Of a DNA stretch of 64,000 nt, positions 45,657 to 54,610 are shown piece by piece. Positions within the stretch are counted from its first letter, which is position 1; every line of letters starts with the position of its first letter. The stretch is from an uncultured Gammaproteobacteria bacterium (lineage in GTDB: Bacteria; Myxococcota_A; UBA796; JAJRTE01), in NCBI GenBank assembly GCA_964418585.1, contig CAYQMG010000137.1, positions 13,327 through 77,326 of the forward strand, read 5' to 3'. Position numbers and translations under genes: made by a program. Under the pieces are notes generated by a model that ran no database searches, had not been told where the DNA came from, and was given only the letters and a program-made list of their open reading frames with translations.

Positions 45657-47087
45657 ATGGCAGACCTCAAGAAGGAGGAACAGGCGCTCCGGGCCAAGGG
45701 GGCGGCTCGTGTCTCTTCCGGCGGAGGGAGCGGGCGGGGGCGTACCGCGCGCAGAGTACATCAGGCAAGACAGCTCGAGCGCGCGCGCAAGGCAGCAATA
45801 GCCCGGCGCAACGAAGCGGTTCGTAGAGGCGCCCCCGTTCCGAGGCGCCCTTTGCCCCCGAAGCCCTCCGAGGTCGCGGCCGGAGGGGCGGCGGCCACCG
45901 CGGAGATGGCGCGGCGGCAGAAAGCCGAGGCCTTGATGCGGCGGCTCAAGGCCCAACCCAGGCGGACCGGAACCCCGATCAAGGCGGCTGCCGTGTCGCC
46001 CTTGCGGCGGCTGATCAGTCGTGTTGACATTCCTTTTGTCACCCGGACAGTTTCCGATCGGGACTTGATGGTTTTCACCCGGCAGTTCGCCACCATGATC
46101 AATGCCGGACTTCCCCTGGTCCAGAGTCTGGCCATCCAGTGTCTCCAGGTGCCGAACCCCCTGTTTCGAGAACAGTTGACCGTGGTCAAGGAGCGGGTCC
46201 AGTCCGGGTCCACCCTGGCTGGCGCACTCAAGAAGTTTCCCAAGACCTTTGACCCGTTGTACGTGAATCTGATCGCCGCAGGCGAAATGGGGGGCGTGCT
46301 GGACGAAATCCTCCTCCGCCTGGCCGTGCACATCGAAAAGTCGTCTCAACTCAAGCGCCAGGTCAAGGCCGCCCTGGTCTATCCCGCCGCCATCGTGACC
46401 GTGGCCATCTCCGTACTCATCCTCCTGCTCCTCAAGGTGGTCCCGGTCTTTCAGCGGATGTTCCTGGGCGTGGGCACCGAGATTCCCGCTCCAACCCAGG
46501 CGATCATCGACCTGTCCTACTTCGTCAAGACGAACTTCCTCGGCATCTCGGTGGTCATCCTGGGCCTCATCGTCCTGTTCATCGCATTCTACAACATCTC
46601 GTTCGGCCGGACCTTGATCGACCGGATGATGCTCAAGGCTCCGGTACTTGGAGACATCGTCACCAAGATCGAGGTGGCCCGCTTCGCCAGGACCCTGAAC
46701 ACCATGCTGGCGTCTGGCGTGTCCATCATCGATGCGCTCGAGGTGAGCGCCCGGGCAGCGACAAACATTCACGTGAGGCGTGCCATCGCGTCGGCGATGA
46801 AAGGAGTCACCGAGGGCAAGATGCTTGGCCGGCGCCTGGCCGGGTCGAAGATCATACCCGGGCTGGTGTGTCAAATGATCACGGTGGGAGAGGCGACAGG
46901 CGCGCTGGACACCATGTTGGCCAAGCTGGCGGATTTCTACGAAGGTGAGGTAGAAACCGCGGTCGGCGCCCTGGTCTCGCTCATCGAACCAGCACTGATG
47001 ATATTCCTGGGCCTGGTGGTGGGCGGGTTGCTCATCGCCATGTACATGCCCATCTTCATCATGGCCGGTGCGGTAGGCGGGGTGTGA
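45657..47087 (+). CDS. pilC: Type IV pilus / T2SS inner-membrane platform protein (PilC/GspF)
   Basis: FTRQFATMINAGLPL, LIAAGEMGGVLDEIL, ALVYPA, RFARTLNTMLASGV, VGEATGALDTML, LIEPALM. Confidence 0.92.
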   Translation: MADLKKEEQALRAKGAARVSSGGGSGRGRTARRVHQARQLERARKAAIARRNEAVRRGAPVPRRPLPPKPSEVAAGGAAATAEMARRQKAEALMRRLKAQPRRTGTPIKAAAVSPLRRLISRVDIPFVTRTVSDRDLMVFTRQFATMINAGLPLVQSLAIQCLQVPNPLFREQLTVVKERVQSGSTLAGALKKFPKTFDPLYVNLIAAGEMGGVLDEILLRLAVHIEKSSQLKRQVKAALVYPAAIVTVAISVLILLLLKVVPVFQRMFLGVGTEIPAPTQAIIDLSYFVKTNFLGISVVILGLIVLFIAFYNISFGRTLIDRMMLKAPVLGDIVTKIEVARFARTLNTMLASGVSIIDALEVSARAATNIHVRRAIASAMKGVTEGKMLGRRLAGSKIIPGLVCQMITVGEATGALDTMLAKLADFYEGEVETAVGALVSLIEPALMIFLGLVVGGLLIAMYMPIFIMAGAVGGV

Positions 47088-47116
47088 GGGCGTCCCCTCT
47101 TGTGCCCCCGTCGGTC

Positions 47117-47154
47117 CAGCCGGTCCCGGTGTGCCTCGGTTCCTGGACCGGCTG
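47117..47154. terminator. Perfect 10-bp hairpin between convergent genes
   Basis: CAGCCGGTCC (47117-47126) / GGACCGGCTG (47145-47154). Confidence 0.5.
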
Positions 47155-47167
47155 CCGGTGCGCCGCC

Positions 47168-47209
47168 GATTCAAGATCTGTGATTCAAGAACTGTGATTT
47201 AGGAGTCGG
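47168..47209. repeat. Short AT-rich 14-bp/7-bp tandem repeat
   Basis: GATTCAAGATCTGT GATTCAAGAACTGT GATTTAGGAGTCGG. Confidence 0.6.
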
Positions 47210-47270
47210 GTCTCGCCATTCGTCGCTGCCGCTTCCTCGGTTGCCGGTGGGCTTCAGACCGTGGCGGGGA

Positions 47271-48665
47271 TCATTCGCCCGACTCGAGCGCGGTGAGGGC
47301 CAGAGCTGTTGCCTGTCTCGGCCCGGCCACCAGGAGGACCTGGGTCCCGTGTCGGCGCACTGCTCGCACGGTCCCGGACCGCCCCGCACACAGCCTCTCC
47401 GGGGCGACCGCGCCCAGAGCCTGCTCGAATTCGGTCGCGTCTTGAGGGGTATCCCACACGGTGCGCCAGACGAGGAGAAGGCCTTGTTCCGGGTGACGGA
47501 GCACGACGTACTGGTCCCCACCCCAGCCCGCCGCTGCCTGGACCTTGACCCCCCGGTTGTGCTCGTCAAAGAATACGAGCACCCCTGCCTCTCCAAGCGT
47601 GTTGCGAAAGACCTCGGTCCAGGGTGGGTCCAGGCGCTGGGCCAGGTCGGGAAGCGTGACCTGTCGGGGTTCTTCTCGAGGCGGTACGAGCTTCTCCGGG
47701 TGGAGTACCTGTTCAGTGGAAGTGGGCGGGTTCTGAAACAGGGCGTCCACCCCCGCCCATCCCTGGGCCGCCTGAACCCTGTGGATACAGTACTGGCCTT
47801 TCAAATAGGGCTCCTGGAGTCCCCAGAACAGGTATCCGGGCACCGACGACAGGGCCTCCACTGCCCGACGCACATCGTCCCCATCGGGGCCGGGCGGTTG
47901 GCTGGACAGGGCATTGGTCATCAGGCGTTCCCTGCTGAGGACCCGGAGGGACTGGAAGAACGCTTCCCGCTTCTCCAGGGACAGGGGGTGGCTCCCGTTG
48001 TCCTCCCGGGTCAGGTAGTCCATGGTCATCAGGTAGCTTGCCTCCCCCTCGTAGAGGTATGGAAGGGTTGCCCGTCGATCTTCGTTGGCACTGGCCAGGG
48101 CTGCGTCGCGCATGGCGCCGAGGTCGAAGTACTGGTCCTGGAGAGCGTGGGCCAGTTCGTGGATCAGCAGCACCTCGAGCTGGGCATCGGGCAGGTTGCT
48201 TCTGAGCACGTAGAACGTGTCCGCGTCCGGGTCGTAATACGCCCCTGCCTGGCTCACGTAGAGGTCCTCCAGGCCCTTTCTCAGATCATAGCCGGGGGGG
48301 AGCAGGCCGAAAGCCTGCAGGGCGATTGATTCCTTTTCCGCAAGCTCCGGGGGTAACTGCGCGCGAAGTTCCCGGTCCACATAGGCGCGAAAGTCTGCTT
48401 CGTCCTGAAGGACCACCGGGACTGGATGCTTGAACTTCTTGCCCCGGAGCGCTTCGAGCCGCGCGGTTGCCCTGGCCGCCATGGCGCGAATGGCCTCGAT
48501 CCGGGCGGTGCCGGGCGTGGCGATGGACTCGGTGGCTGCCTGTGGGTCACCGGGGCGCGGCGTCTGCCCGTCTCGAGCCTGGGCGTTGGCGGTTGCCCAT
48601 GAGACCGGCAGGAGGAGCAGCAACGAGAAGACGAGGGACCTGAAGCTGACGGAGCGGTGGATCAT
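47271..48665 (-). CDS. Exported putative zinc metallopeptidase-like protein (HExxH...E)
   Basis: Signal peptide; LRGKKFK..VPV, AGAYYDP, IHELAHALQDQYFDL, EGEA, YLKG, PPTSTEQVLHPEK, AAAGWGGD. Confidence 0.7.
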   Translation of the reverse strand: MIHRSVSFRSLVFSLLLLLPVSWATANAQARDGQTPRPGDPQAATESIATPGTARIEAIRAMAARATARLEALRGKKFKHPVPVVLQDEADFRAYVDRELRAQLPPELAEKESIALQAFGLLPPGYDLRKGLEDLYVSQAGAYYDPDADTFYVLRSNLPDAQLEVLLIHELAHALQDQYFDLGAMRDAALASANEDRRATLPYLYEGEASYLMTMDYLTREDNGSHPLSLEKREAFFQSLRVLSRERLMTNALSSQPPGPDGDDVRRAVEALSSVPGYLFWGLQEPYLKGQYCIHRVQAAQGWAGVDALFQNPPTSTEQVLHPEKLVPPREEPRQVTLPDLAQRLDPPWTEVFRNTLGEAGVLVFFDEHNRGVKVQAAAGWGGDQYVVLRHPEQGLLLVWRTVWDTPQDATEFEQALGAVAPERLCAGRSGTVRAVRRHGTQVLLVAGPRQATALALTALESGE

Positions 48666-48829
48666 GGTGCGCCTTGTGTCTGGCAAGGGGTACCCGACCC
48701 CGGCGGGGACGGGCCTCCAGTTGGTGTTTCGGGGCGACAATCTGCAGGGGTCATTGTACACTAACCCGCTGGAGTCGAGGGGAACGAATTTTGGATCGAA
48801 TCGCTTCCAGCAGGAGGAGAGGGACCAGG

Positions 48830-49810
48830 ATGAAAGCAGTGGTGATCACGCGATTCGGTGGACCCGAGGTACTGGAAATTCAGGAGCGGGCCACGCCTCG
48901 AGCAGGACCGGGGCAGGTACTGGTGGCGGTCCGGGCCGTTGGTCTGAACCGTGCGGATCTGCTGCAGCGTCGCGGGCGCTATCCGGCTCCGCCGGGCGTA
49001 CCTGCGGACATTCCTGGGCTGGAGTATGCCGGTACGGTGCTCGAGGTCGGTTCGGGGGTGACCGGGCGTCAGGCGGGCGACCGGGTGATGGGGATCGTGG
49101 GCGGCGGCGCGTTCGCCGAGTACGTGGTGGTGCACGAACGGGAGACCTTGCCGATACCTCGAGTCCTTTCATTCGAGCAGGCCGCGGCGATTCCCGAGGC
49201 GTTCATCACGGCGTTCGACGCTCTCTGTTTGCAGTGTCGCATGGAGGTGGGCGATCGGATCGTGGTTCACGCCGTTGGGAGCGGCGTGGGTACGGCGGCC
49301 ATCCAGTTGGCCCGGGCTTCCGGTTGTGTGACGGTGGGGACTTCGAGAACGCCGGACAAGCTCAAGGCTGCCGTGGGCCTTGGCCTGGACCATCCCGTAC
49401 TGGTGGAGGATGACCGTTTCCTCGATCAGGCGCTCGGGGTTCTCGAGGGTCGTCGGGCCGACATCGTGATGGACTTCGTGGGGGCTCCCTATCTTGACCA
49501 GAACCTGAACCTGCTCAGGACCGGCGGTCAACTCGTTCTGGTCGGCCTGATGGGGGGGGGTCGAGGGGAGTTGCCGATGGGCACCTTGCTGACCCGGCGG
49601 CTTCAAATCCGTGGAACGACCCTGCGGACCCGACCGTTGGAGGAGAAGATTCGGCTCGCCCGGGCGTTCGAGGCGCGAATCCTCCCCATGTTTGACACTG
49701 CCACGCTTCGACCGGTGCTCGATCGGGTCCTGCCCATGGATGAGGTGCGAAAAGCGCACGAGCAGATGGAGCGGAATCAGACGTTTGGGAAAGTGGTGCT
49801 GACGTGGTGA
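48830..49810 (+). CDS. NAD(P)H-quinone oxidoreductase (PIG3/zeta-crystallin MDR family)
   Basis: MKAVVITRFGGPEVL, GLNRADLLQRRGRYP, PGLEYAG, AAIPEAFITA, HAVGSGVGTAAIQLA, GKVVL. Confidence 0.93.
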   Translation: MKAVVITRFGGPEVLEIQERATPRAGPGQVLVAVRAVGLNRADLLQRRGRYPAPPGVPADIPGLEYAGTVLEVGSGVTGRQAGDRVMGIVGGGAFAEYVVVHERETLPIPRVLSFEQAAAIPEAFITAFDALCLQCRMEVGDRIVVHAVGSGVGTAAIQLARASGCVTVGTSRTPDKLKAAVGLGLDHPVLVEDDRFLDQALGVLEGRRADIVMDFVGAPYLDQNLNLLRTGGQLVLVGLMGGGRGELPMGTLLTRRLQIRGTTLRTRPLEEKIRLARAFEARILPMFDTATLRPVLDRVLPMDEVRKAHEQMERNQTFGKVVLTW

Positions 49811-49843
49811 AGGGTCGGACGGGGGGAGTGGTGGCCGAACGGG

Positions 49844-50995
49844 CTAGAGCACGTCGGTCTGCACGTCGAGCAAGGCGGCCCGGATTCGCCGTGCCTGGTC
49901 GCGGTCTCCCAGCGATTCATACGCATCGGCGAGAGCGTTGAAGGCCTTTTCCAGCATGGACGGAGCAAGGCGCGGGGCCGTGCCGTCCAGCACCGCCTGG
50001 ACGACCGGTCCCATGTAGCGCTTCACCTCGAGCGGCTGGGGCGGCCGATGGCGGTTGTAGCGACCGTCGAAGAACTCCACCGACATGTTGGAGCCCAGTG
50101 CATACCGGGCATAGAAGGCCGCGGTGGTGTCGGGGTAGAGGTTGATGATCTGCCGGAGCGCTGCGATACCGTCCTCGAGGTGGTCGCCTTCGCCCCACAT
50201 CATGAACAGGCCCTGTTCGTTGCCTCCCATGAGCAGGTCGGCAGCTTCCTGATCCAGGTCGGTCCCCGGGTTGACCACGATGGTGACCACATTCGAATCC
50301 AGCCGTTCGGCATCGTCGGTGAGGCCGCGGTAGAGGGCCTGGATACGGTACTCACCCACATCGGAGAACATCCATCCGTCCTTGTCGAAGAAGATGGGAA
50401 TGTCCTCGGTAGCTGATTCGCCGGGGGCCAGTTCCACGTCCAGAAGGTTGCCCCGGGTGCAGGCGATGGTCACGGGCGAGTAGCCCATGAGGCGTCCGGA
50501 AGGGCCGGTGATGATGAAGCGGTTGTACTGGAACTGCGGGTCCAACTTGGTGGGAAGCACCTTCACATAGTCGGACACGTTTTCGATGGTGGCCCGGACG
50601 ATGACCGGTTCTCCGATCACGTAGTCGGTCTTGGGGGTGGAGATGGTGAACCGAAGTCCTTCGGACAGGGGCACTTGCTGGTGCTCCTCGATGATATGAC
50701 GGGCAAAGGATTCGGGGTCGTACGCAGGCACGTTCGGGGTTCGAATGGCCTTGCCCAGATTCTTGGTGGATTCGTGGTACGCGATGGCCGCCTCCGACGC
50801 CTGGTCCAGGTCCCGAACCACGAACCGGTCCGGAGCGGTCGCCAGACGCCCCGCCGCGACCGCGTCATTCAGCACCGACACGGCCTCGTCCTGCACGCGC
50901 ACCGCCTCGGCACTTTCCTGGTCGCTCGATTGACATCCCAGTATCAACACGCCCGCAATGGCAAGTCCACGGGTCAAACTTCGTATGGCTTTCAT
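49844..50995 (-). CDS. Hypothetical lipoprotein with Ig-like domain and helical C-terminus
   Basis: ILGC lipobox; FTISTPKTDYVIGEPVIVRATIENVS...LAPGES...GEYRIQALY...SNVVTIVV; downstream of the metalloprotease gene. Confidence 0.7.
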   Translation of the reverse strand: MKAIRSLTRGLAIAGVLILGCQSSDQESAEAVRVQDEAVSVLNDAVAAGRLATAPDRFVVRDLDQASEAAIAYHESTKNLGKAIRTPNVPAYDPESFARHIIEEHQQVPLSEGLRFTISTPKTDYVIGEPVIVRATIENVSDYVKVLPTKLDPQFQYNRFIITGPSGRLMGYSPVTIACTRGNLLDVELAPGESATEDIPIFFDKDGWMFSDVGEYRIQALYRGLTDDAERLDSNVVTIVVNPGTDLDQEAADLLMGGNEQGLFMMWGEGDHLEDGIAALRQIINLYPDTTAAFYARYALGSNMSVEFFDGRYNRHRPPQPLEVKRYMGPVVQAVLDGTAPRLAPSMLEKAFNALADAYESLGDRDQARRIRAALLDVQTDVL

Positions 50996-51050
50996 GCTCT
51001 CTTCCCTCATCTCGATTGGGTTGCGTTCCTGTTTTCCCACCATGGACTGT

Positions 51051-52580
51051 CTACTGATTGAAGCAGCAGAACCACCGACACGACGTGCTCACGTGCTTCG
51101 AGGCATGCGCATCGGTCATGTTGTAGGAGCCATTGGTGGTGAAGTCCACCCCGTGCCCCGGCCGCGACCACTGCTCGGCCTCGCTGGACATCGTGTAGAT
51201 GCTGCCGGTGCTGAACGTCCAGTAGTTGGTGTTGTTGAACGCATATCCCATGATCGAGGAGCCTTTCTTGAACTTGGACATGGGAACTCGACCAGGACAG
51301 AAGTCCTCGTGATGCTGGTTGTACACGTGCCCGGTCTCATGGGTCATGCTCAGCAAGAGTTCGGCCTGCATGGAATCCCCTTCCGGCCACGACGTATCAT
51401 GAGCCTCATAGAAGACCGCGCAACCCTGACGCGGCTTCCCGTCCGTGTTCGTGGAGCCGTCGTCGAACATGATGCCCAGCACCCCCATGCCGCTCGACGA
51501 CTTGATTACGGTTCCCACCCAGCTATACCACTGGCTCGTGGAGTCCTGATATTCGTAGGTCTTGTTGGCCAGCATGATACTGTGCAATTCGGCGTTCGTG
51601 GTGGACGAGTCATTCGCAATGTTCGACTTGTCCTGCTTCACGTCCAAAATGTTGATCCCGGCCGTCGCAAATCCACTCTGCATCGAACGATACTCGTCGT
51701 ACACGGTCGTGCCGTCTTCGATGAACGAGACCGAGGTCATCTTGTCCTGCTCCACGAGCGCGTTCACCCGGTATGCCGCACGCGCGTACATGTCCGGCCC
51801 GGTGAGCCCGCTGCTCACATCGTGCAGAACGGTTTCGTACCAGAGCACGAAATCGACCGTCCGGCCCTGCCGTTCCAGGGACTCGCCGTCCACCAGGTCC
51901 CGAGGATGCGTGTCGGCCTCGCCCGGGTGGAACGCCACGGTGTAGACGCGAGCACCGTCCGCCGGGTTGGGTTCGAGCTGAAGTTGCGTCCCTTCCAGGT
52001 AGCTGTTCAGGTCGATGATTCCATACGCACGATCCCCGAGCGCCACCACCGACTCCGTCAGCACCGGCGTCATGTCAGCACCGTCCAGCAGGGCAGGCCG
52101 CGTCCCGGTCCGGCTCCCAACGTCCGGATCGAGCCGCCAGAAGAAGTGATAGTCACCGGTTGGACCCTCGAACTGGACCCATGCAGAAACCTGCGAATCA
52201 TCGCTGCCTTCGTCCGCCTGATCCACCAGCGTGTAGGCAATACGCGCAGTCACGGTGCCTTCCGACACAGGAACCGCATAGGTCGCAACCACCTGGGCAA
52301 ATCCATCGGCCTCCATCAAGGCGGGGCCCGCCACTCGGTAGGCATCCTTGAACTCGTATTTCTGTCCGTTCAGCTCGAAGAACGGGGTCGACGCACTGTA
52401 GAGCATGCTCTGACCCCTCAACGACACCTCGGACACCTCCAGTCCATCGTTGTCCGTGGGAAGTACCGATGGAAACGACCACTGCTGGGTGGACCCCATC
52501 GCTGCACCAGCACCCAGGAGCAGCGGCACCGCCAGCACCCCGGTTGCCACGCATTTCAAACTCGCACGCAATCTTGACAT
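51051..52580 (-). CDS. Secreted metzincin-type zinc metalloprotease
   Basis: Signal peptide; HETGHVYNQHH zinc motif (HExxHxxNxxH) and Met-turn SSIMGY. Confidence 0.75.
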   Translation of the reverse strand: MSRLRASLKCVATGVLAVPLLLGAGAAMGSTQQWSFPSVLPTDNDGLEVSEVSLRGQSMLYSASTPFFELNGQKYEFKDAYRVAGPALMEADGFAQVVATYAVPVSEGTVTARIAYTLVDQADEGSDDSQVSAWVQFEGPTGDYHFFWRLDPDVGSRTGTRPALLDGADMTPVLTESVVALGDRAYGIIDLNSYLEGTQLQLEPNPADGARVYTVAFHPGEADTHPRDLVDGESLERQGRTVDFVLWYETVLHDVSSGLTGPDMYARAAYRVNALVEQDKMTSVSFIEDGTTVYDEYRSMQSGFATAGINILDVKQDKSNIANDSSTTNAELHSIMLANKTYEYQDSTSQWYSWVGTVIKSSSGMGVLGIMFDDGSTNTDGKPRQGCAVFYEAHDTSWPEGDSMQAELLLSMTHETGHVYNQHHEDFCPGRVPMSKFKKGSSIMGYAFNNTNYWTFSTGSIYTMSSEAEQWSRPGHGVDFTTNGSYNMTDAHASKHVSTSCRWFCCFNQ

Positions 52581-52944
52581 CTGGTGACCTCCTCAGCCCG
52601 GGACCCCGTCACCACCGGCCTGTCCGGCAGCAGCAGGTACCCCTCGTCCGATGTTGCCAACACAACCTCGAGTCGACGGCCGGACGCTGCCCCCGTGGTC
52701 GCGACGGCAGCGCGGACACAGCTTCGCATCGCTGTCCGGCTACAGTCCAACATAGCATCGTATTTTCGTATGTAAACAAGTCCGGAACTCCCGGGTCAAA
52801 CCGCTGTGCCAACCGGGAGCGCACAGGGACATCCGTAGGGCTTGCTCCCTGGACACGGACTGACCTCGAGGATAGGATCTATCCAGGGCGCCCGGCTGTC
52901 AGGCCGGGGGCTGTCCGTCGCACAAAAAAACCAGGAGTGTCGCC

Positions 52945-54096
52945 ATGAATCACGTTCCCGCTCGCTTCTTCTCCCTCGGGTTCCCATTGATAGCTGCTTC
53001 CTTGCTTTGCTCCACAAGCGCCTTCGCCGACCCCTGCCGGGTCACCGCAACCGACGCTTTCCTCGGCGTCGATGCCTCGGGTACACCCGGGCACCTGGGC
53101 GTCCAGGCTCGAGTCAAAACCTTCCCCAACGACGGCTACCTGGCTGCCATGGGCGGAAAACCCGTGGCCGGCGTCCGCTTGCAGTTCCAGGTCATCTTCC
53201 CGGACGAAAGCGGATTGTGGGCGCTCGGGGAAGCCACCACCAACCGGGCAGGTTGGGCCGCCCTGGATCTCACGCCCCTGTACGGCCGGGATGAACAGGG
53301 ATTCTATCTCCTGGCCGGTGAACCCGGCATGCAGACCAAGCACCGGTTGCGGACCTCCCAGTACATCCAGGTCCTCGTCTGGAGTGTGGACGAGGTGGAC
53401 CAGTGCGACGATGGGGAGGTGCTTCCCGACGTGTACGGCTCCATGTATTTCCGTCATCCGCTGGACACCTCTCCGATACTCTTTTCCGATTTCGATGACA
53501 CCCTGTTCAATAGCTCGGACTTGGTGGACATCTTCCGAACCCTGGCTCGAGGCCACTACCTGCTGATTGACAATGCCGTGGTGGATGCCACGCGCAGTTT
53601 CCGCAATGCCGGCGGGGTGTTCATCGGCGTCACCGCCCAGTTCTCCTCCCTGCGGCCCTTTACCCGCAGCGAGTTGCTCCAGTGGGAGTTCGACGTGGCC
53701 TACGACAGGCAGAACTACTACTATGACGACGCCGGGTTCGACGGCTCCTACCTGGCGCGCACGCTTACTTACCTTGCCAACAACGAATATCCCGGCACTC
53801 GGACCGGGGCCGACTACGATAGCGACCACTGCGCGTACAAGGTGGAAAAATTCACGCAACTGGTGGACGGTGTGTTCGGCGGCCACTGGGAACAGGTGGT
53901 GGGCATGATCGGCGACTCCGAGCACAGCGACGGGTGTGCGGCGCGTGAGACCGGGATCCACTGGTACGCGTTGATGGAGGGAAGCGACCGGGTCGAGGAT
54001 ACGAGCGACCCGGCGAGTTACACGGAGATCCTCGGCGGATGGTCCGAGGCACTCCCCATCCTGTGCGACGACGCCGGCCTGGCCTGCGGATGGTGA
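52945..54096 (+). CDS. Secreted Ig-like + HAD (LNS2/App1-like) phosphatase-domain protein
   Basis: Signal peptide; HAD motif I LFSDFDDTL, VTAQ, K..F, MIGDSEHSD. Confidence 0.62.
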   Translation: MNHVPARFFSLGFPLIAASLLCSTSAFADPCRVTATDAFLGVDASGTPGHLGVQARVKTFPNDGYLAAMGGKPVAGVRLQFQVIFPDESGLWALGEATTNRAGWAALDLTPLYGRDEQGFYLLAGEPGMQTKHRLRTSQYIQVLVWSVDEVDQCDDGEVLPDVYGSMYFRHPLDTSPILFSDFDDTLFNSSDLVDIFRTLARGHYLLIDNAVVDATRSFRNAGGVFIGVTAQFSSLRPFTRSELLQWEFDVAYDRQNYYYDDAGFDGSYLARTLTYLANNEYPGTRTGADYDSDHCAYKVEKFTQLVDGVFGGHWEQVVGMIGDSEHSDGCAARETGIHWYALMEGSDRVEDTSDPASYTEILGGWSEALPILCDDAGLACGW

Positions 54097-54145
54097 CCCG
54101 CGCACCGGCGTTCCCTGAAAGGGGCGACCGGTGTGATCCCGGCCG

Positions 54146-54610
54146 ATGGCAGGCCCGTGCGTGGGACCACTGCTCGATGTGAGGAACGCCGTGCCGGCAG
54201 ACCGCAAACACGAATGGAACGCGCCCGAACGACCCTCGAGGGAGGATACTGGACCGCTTCCGGGTGCGTGCGAGCCCGACCTCGAGTCGGACGGCCTGCC
54301 GTGGGACGACCCGGACAGGGTCGCGGCCATTCCAATCGAGGACGCCATCGACCTCCACACGTTTCGCCCCGGTGAAACAGCCTCGGTGGTGGGCGCATAC
54401 CTCGAGGAGGCGCATGCTCGCGGGTTTCGGGAGGTCCGAATCATTCATGGACGGGGCAAGGGGGTGCAGCGACGGATCGTTCGTAGCGCACTGGACCGCC
54501 ACCCCCTGGTGACCGGCTTCCAGGACGCGCCGCCCGAACGTGGCGGGTGGGGTGCAACGATCGTGTGGCTCTCTTCTCGTCGAAGCAGCCGGGAGGGTGG
54601 TGGACCTTGA
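54146..54610 (+). CDS. Small Smr (MutS2 C-terminal-like) domain protein
   Basis: IDLHTF, EVRIIHGRGKGVQRRIV, GGWGATIVWL. Start codon uncertain. Confidence 0.9.
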   Translation: MAGPCVGPLLDVRNAVPADRKHEWNAPERPSREDTGPLPGACEPDLESDGLPWDDPDRVAAIPIEDAIDLHTFRPGETASVVGAYLEEAHARGFREVRIIHGRGKGVQRRIVRSALDRHPLVTGFQDAPPERGGWGATIVWLSSRRSSREGGGP

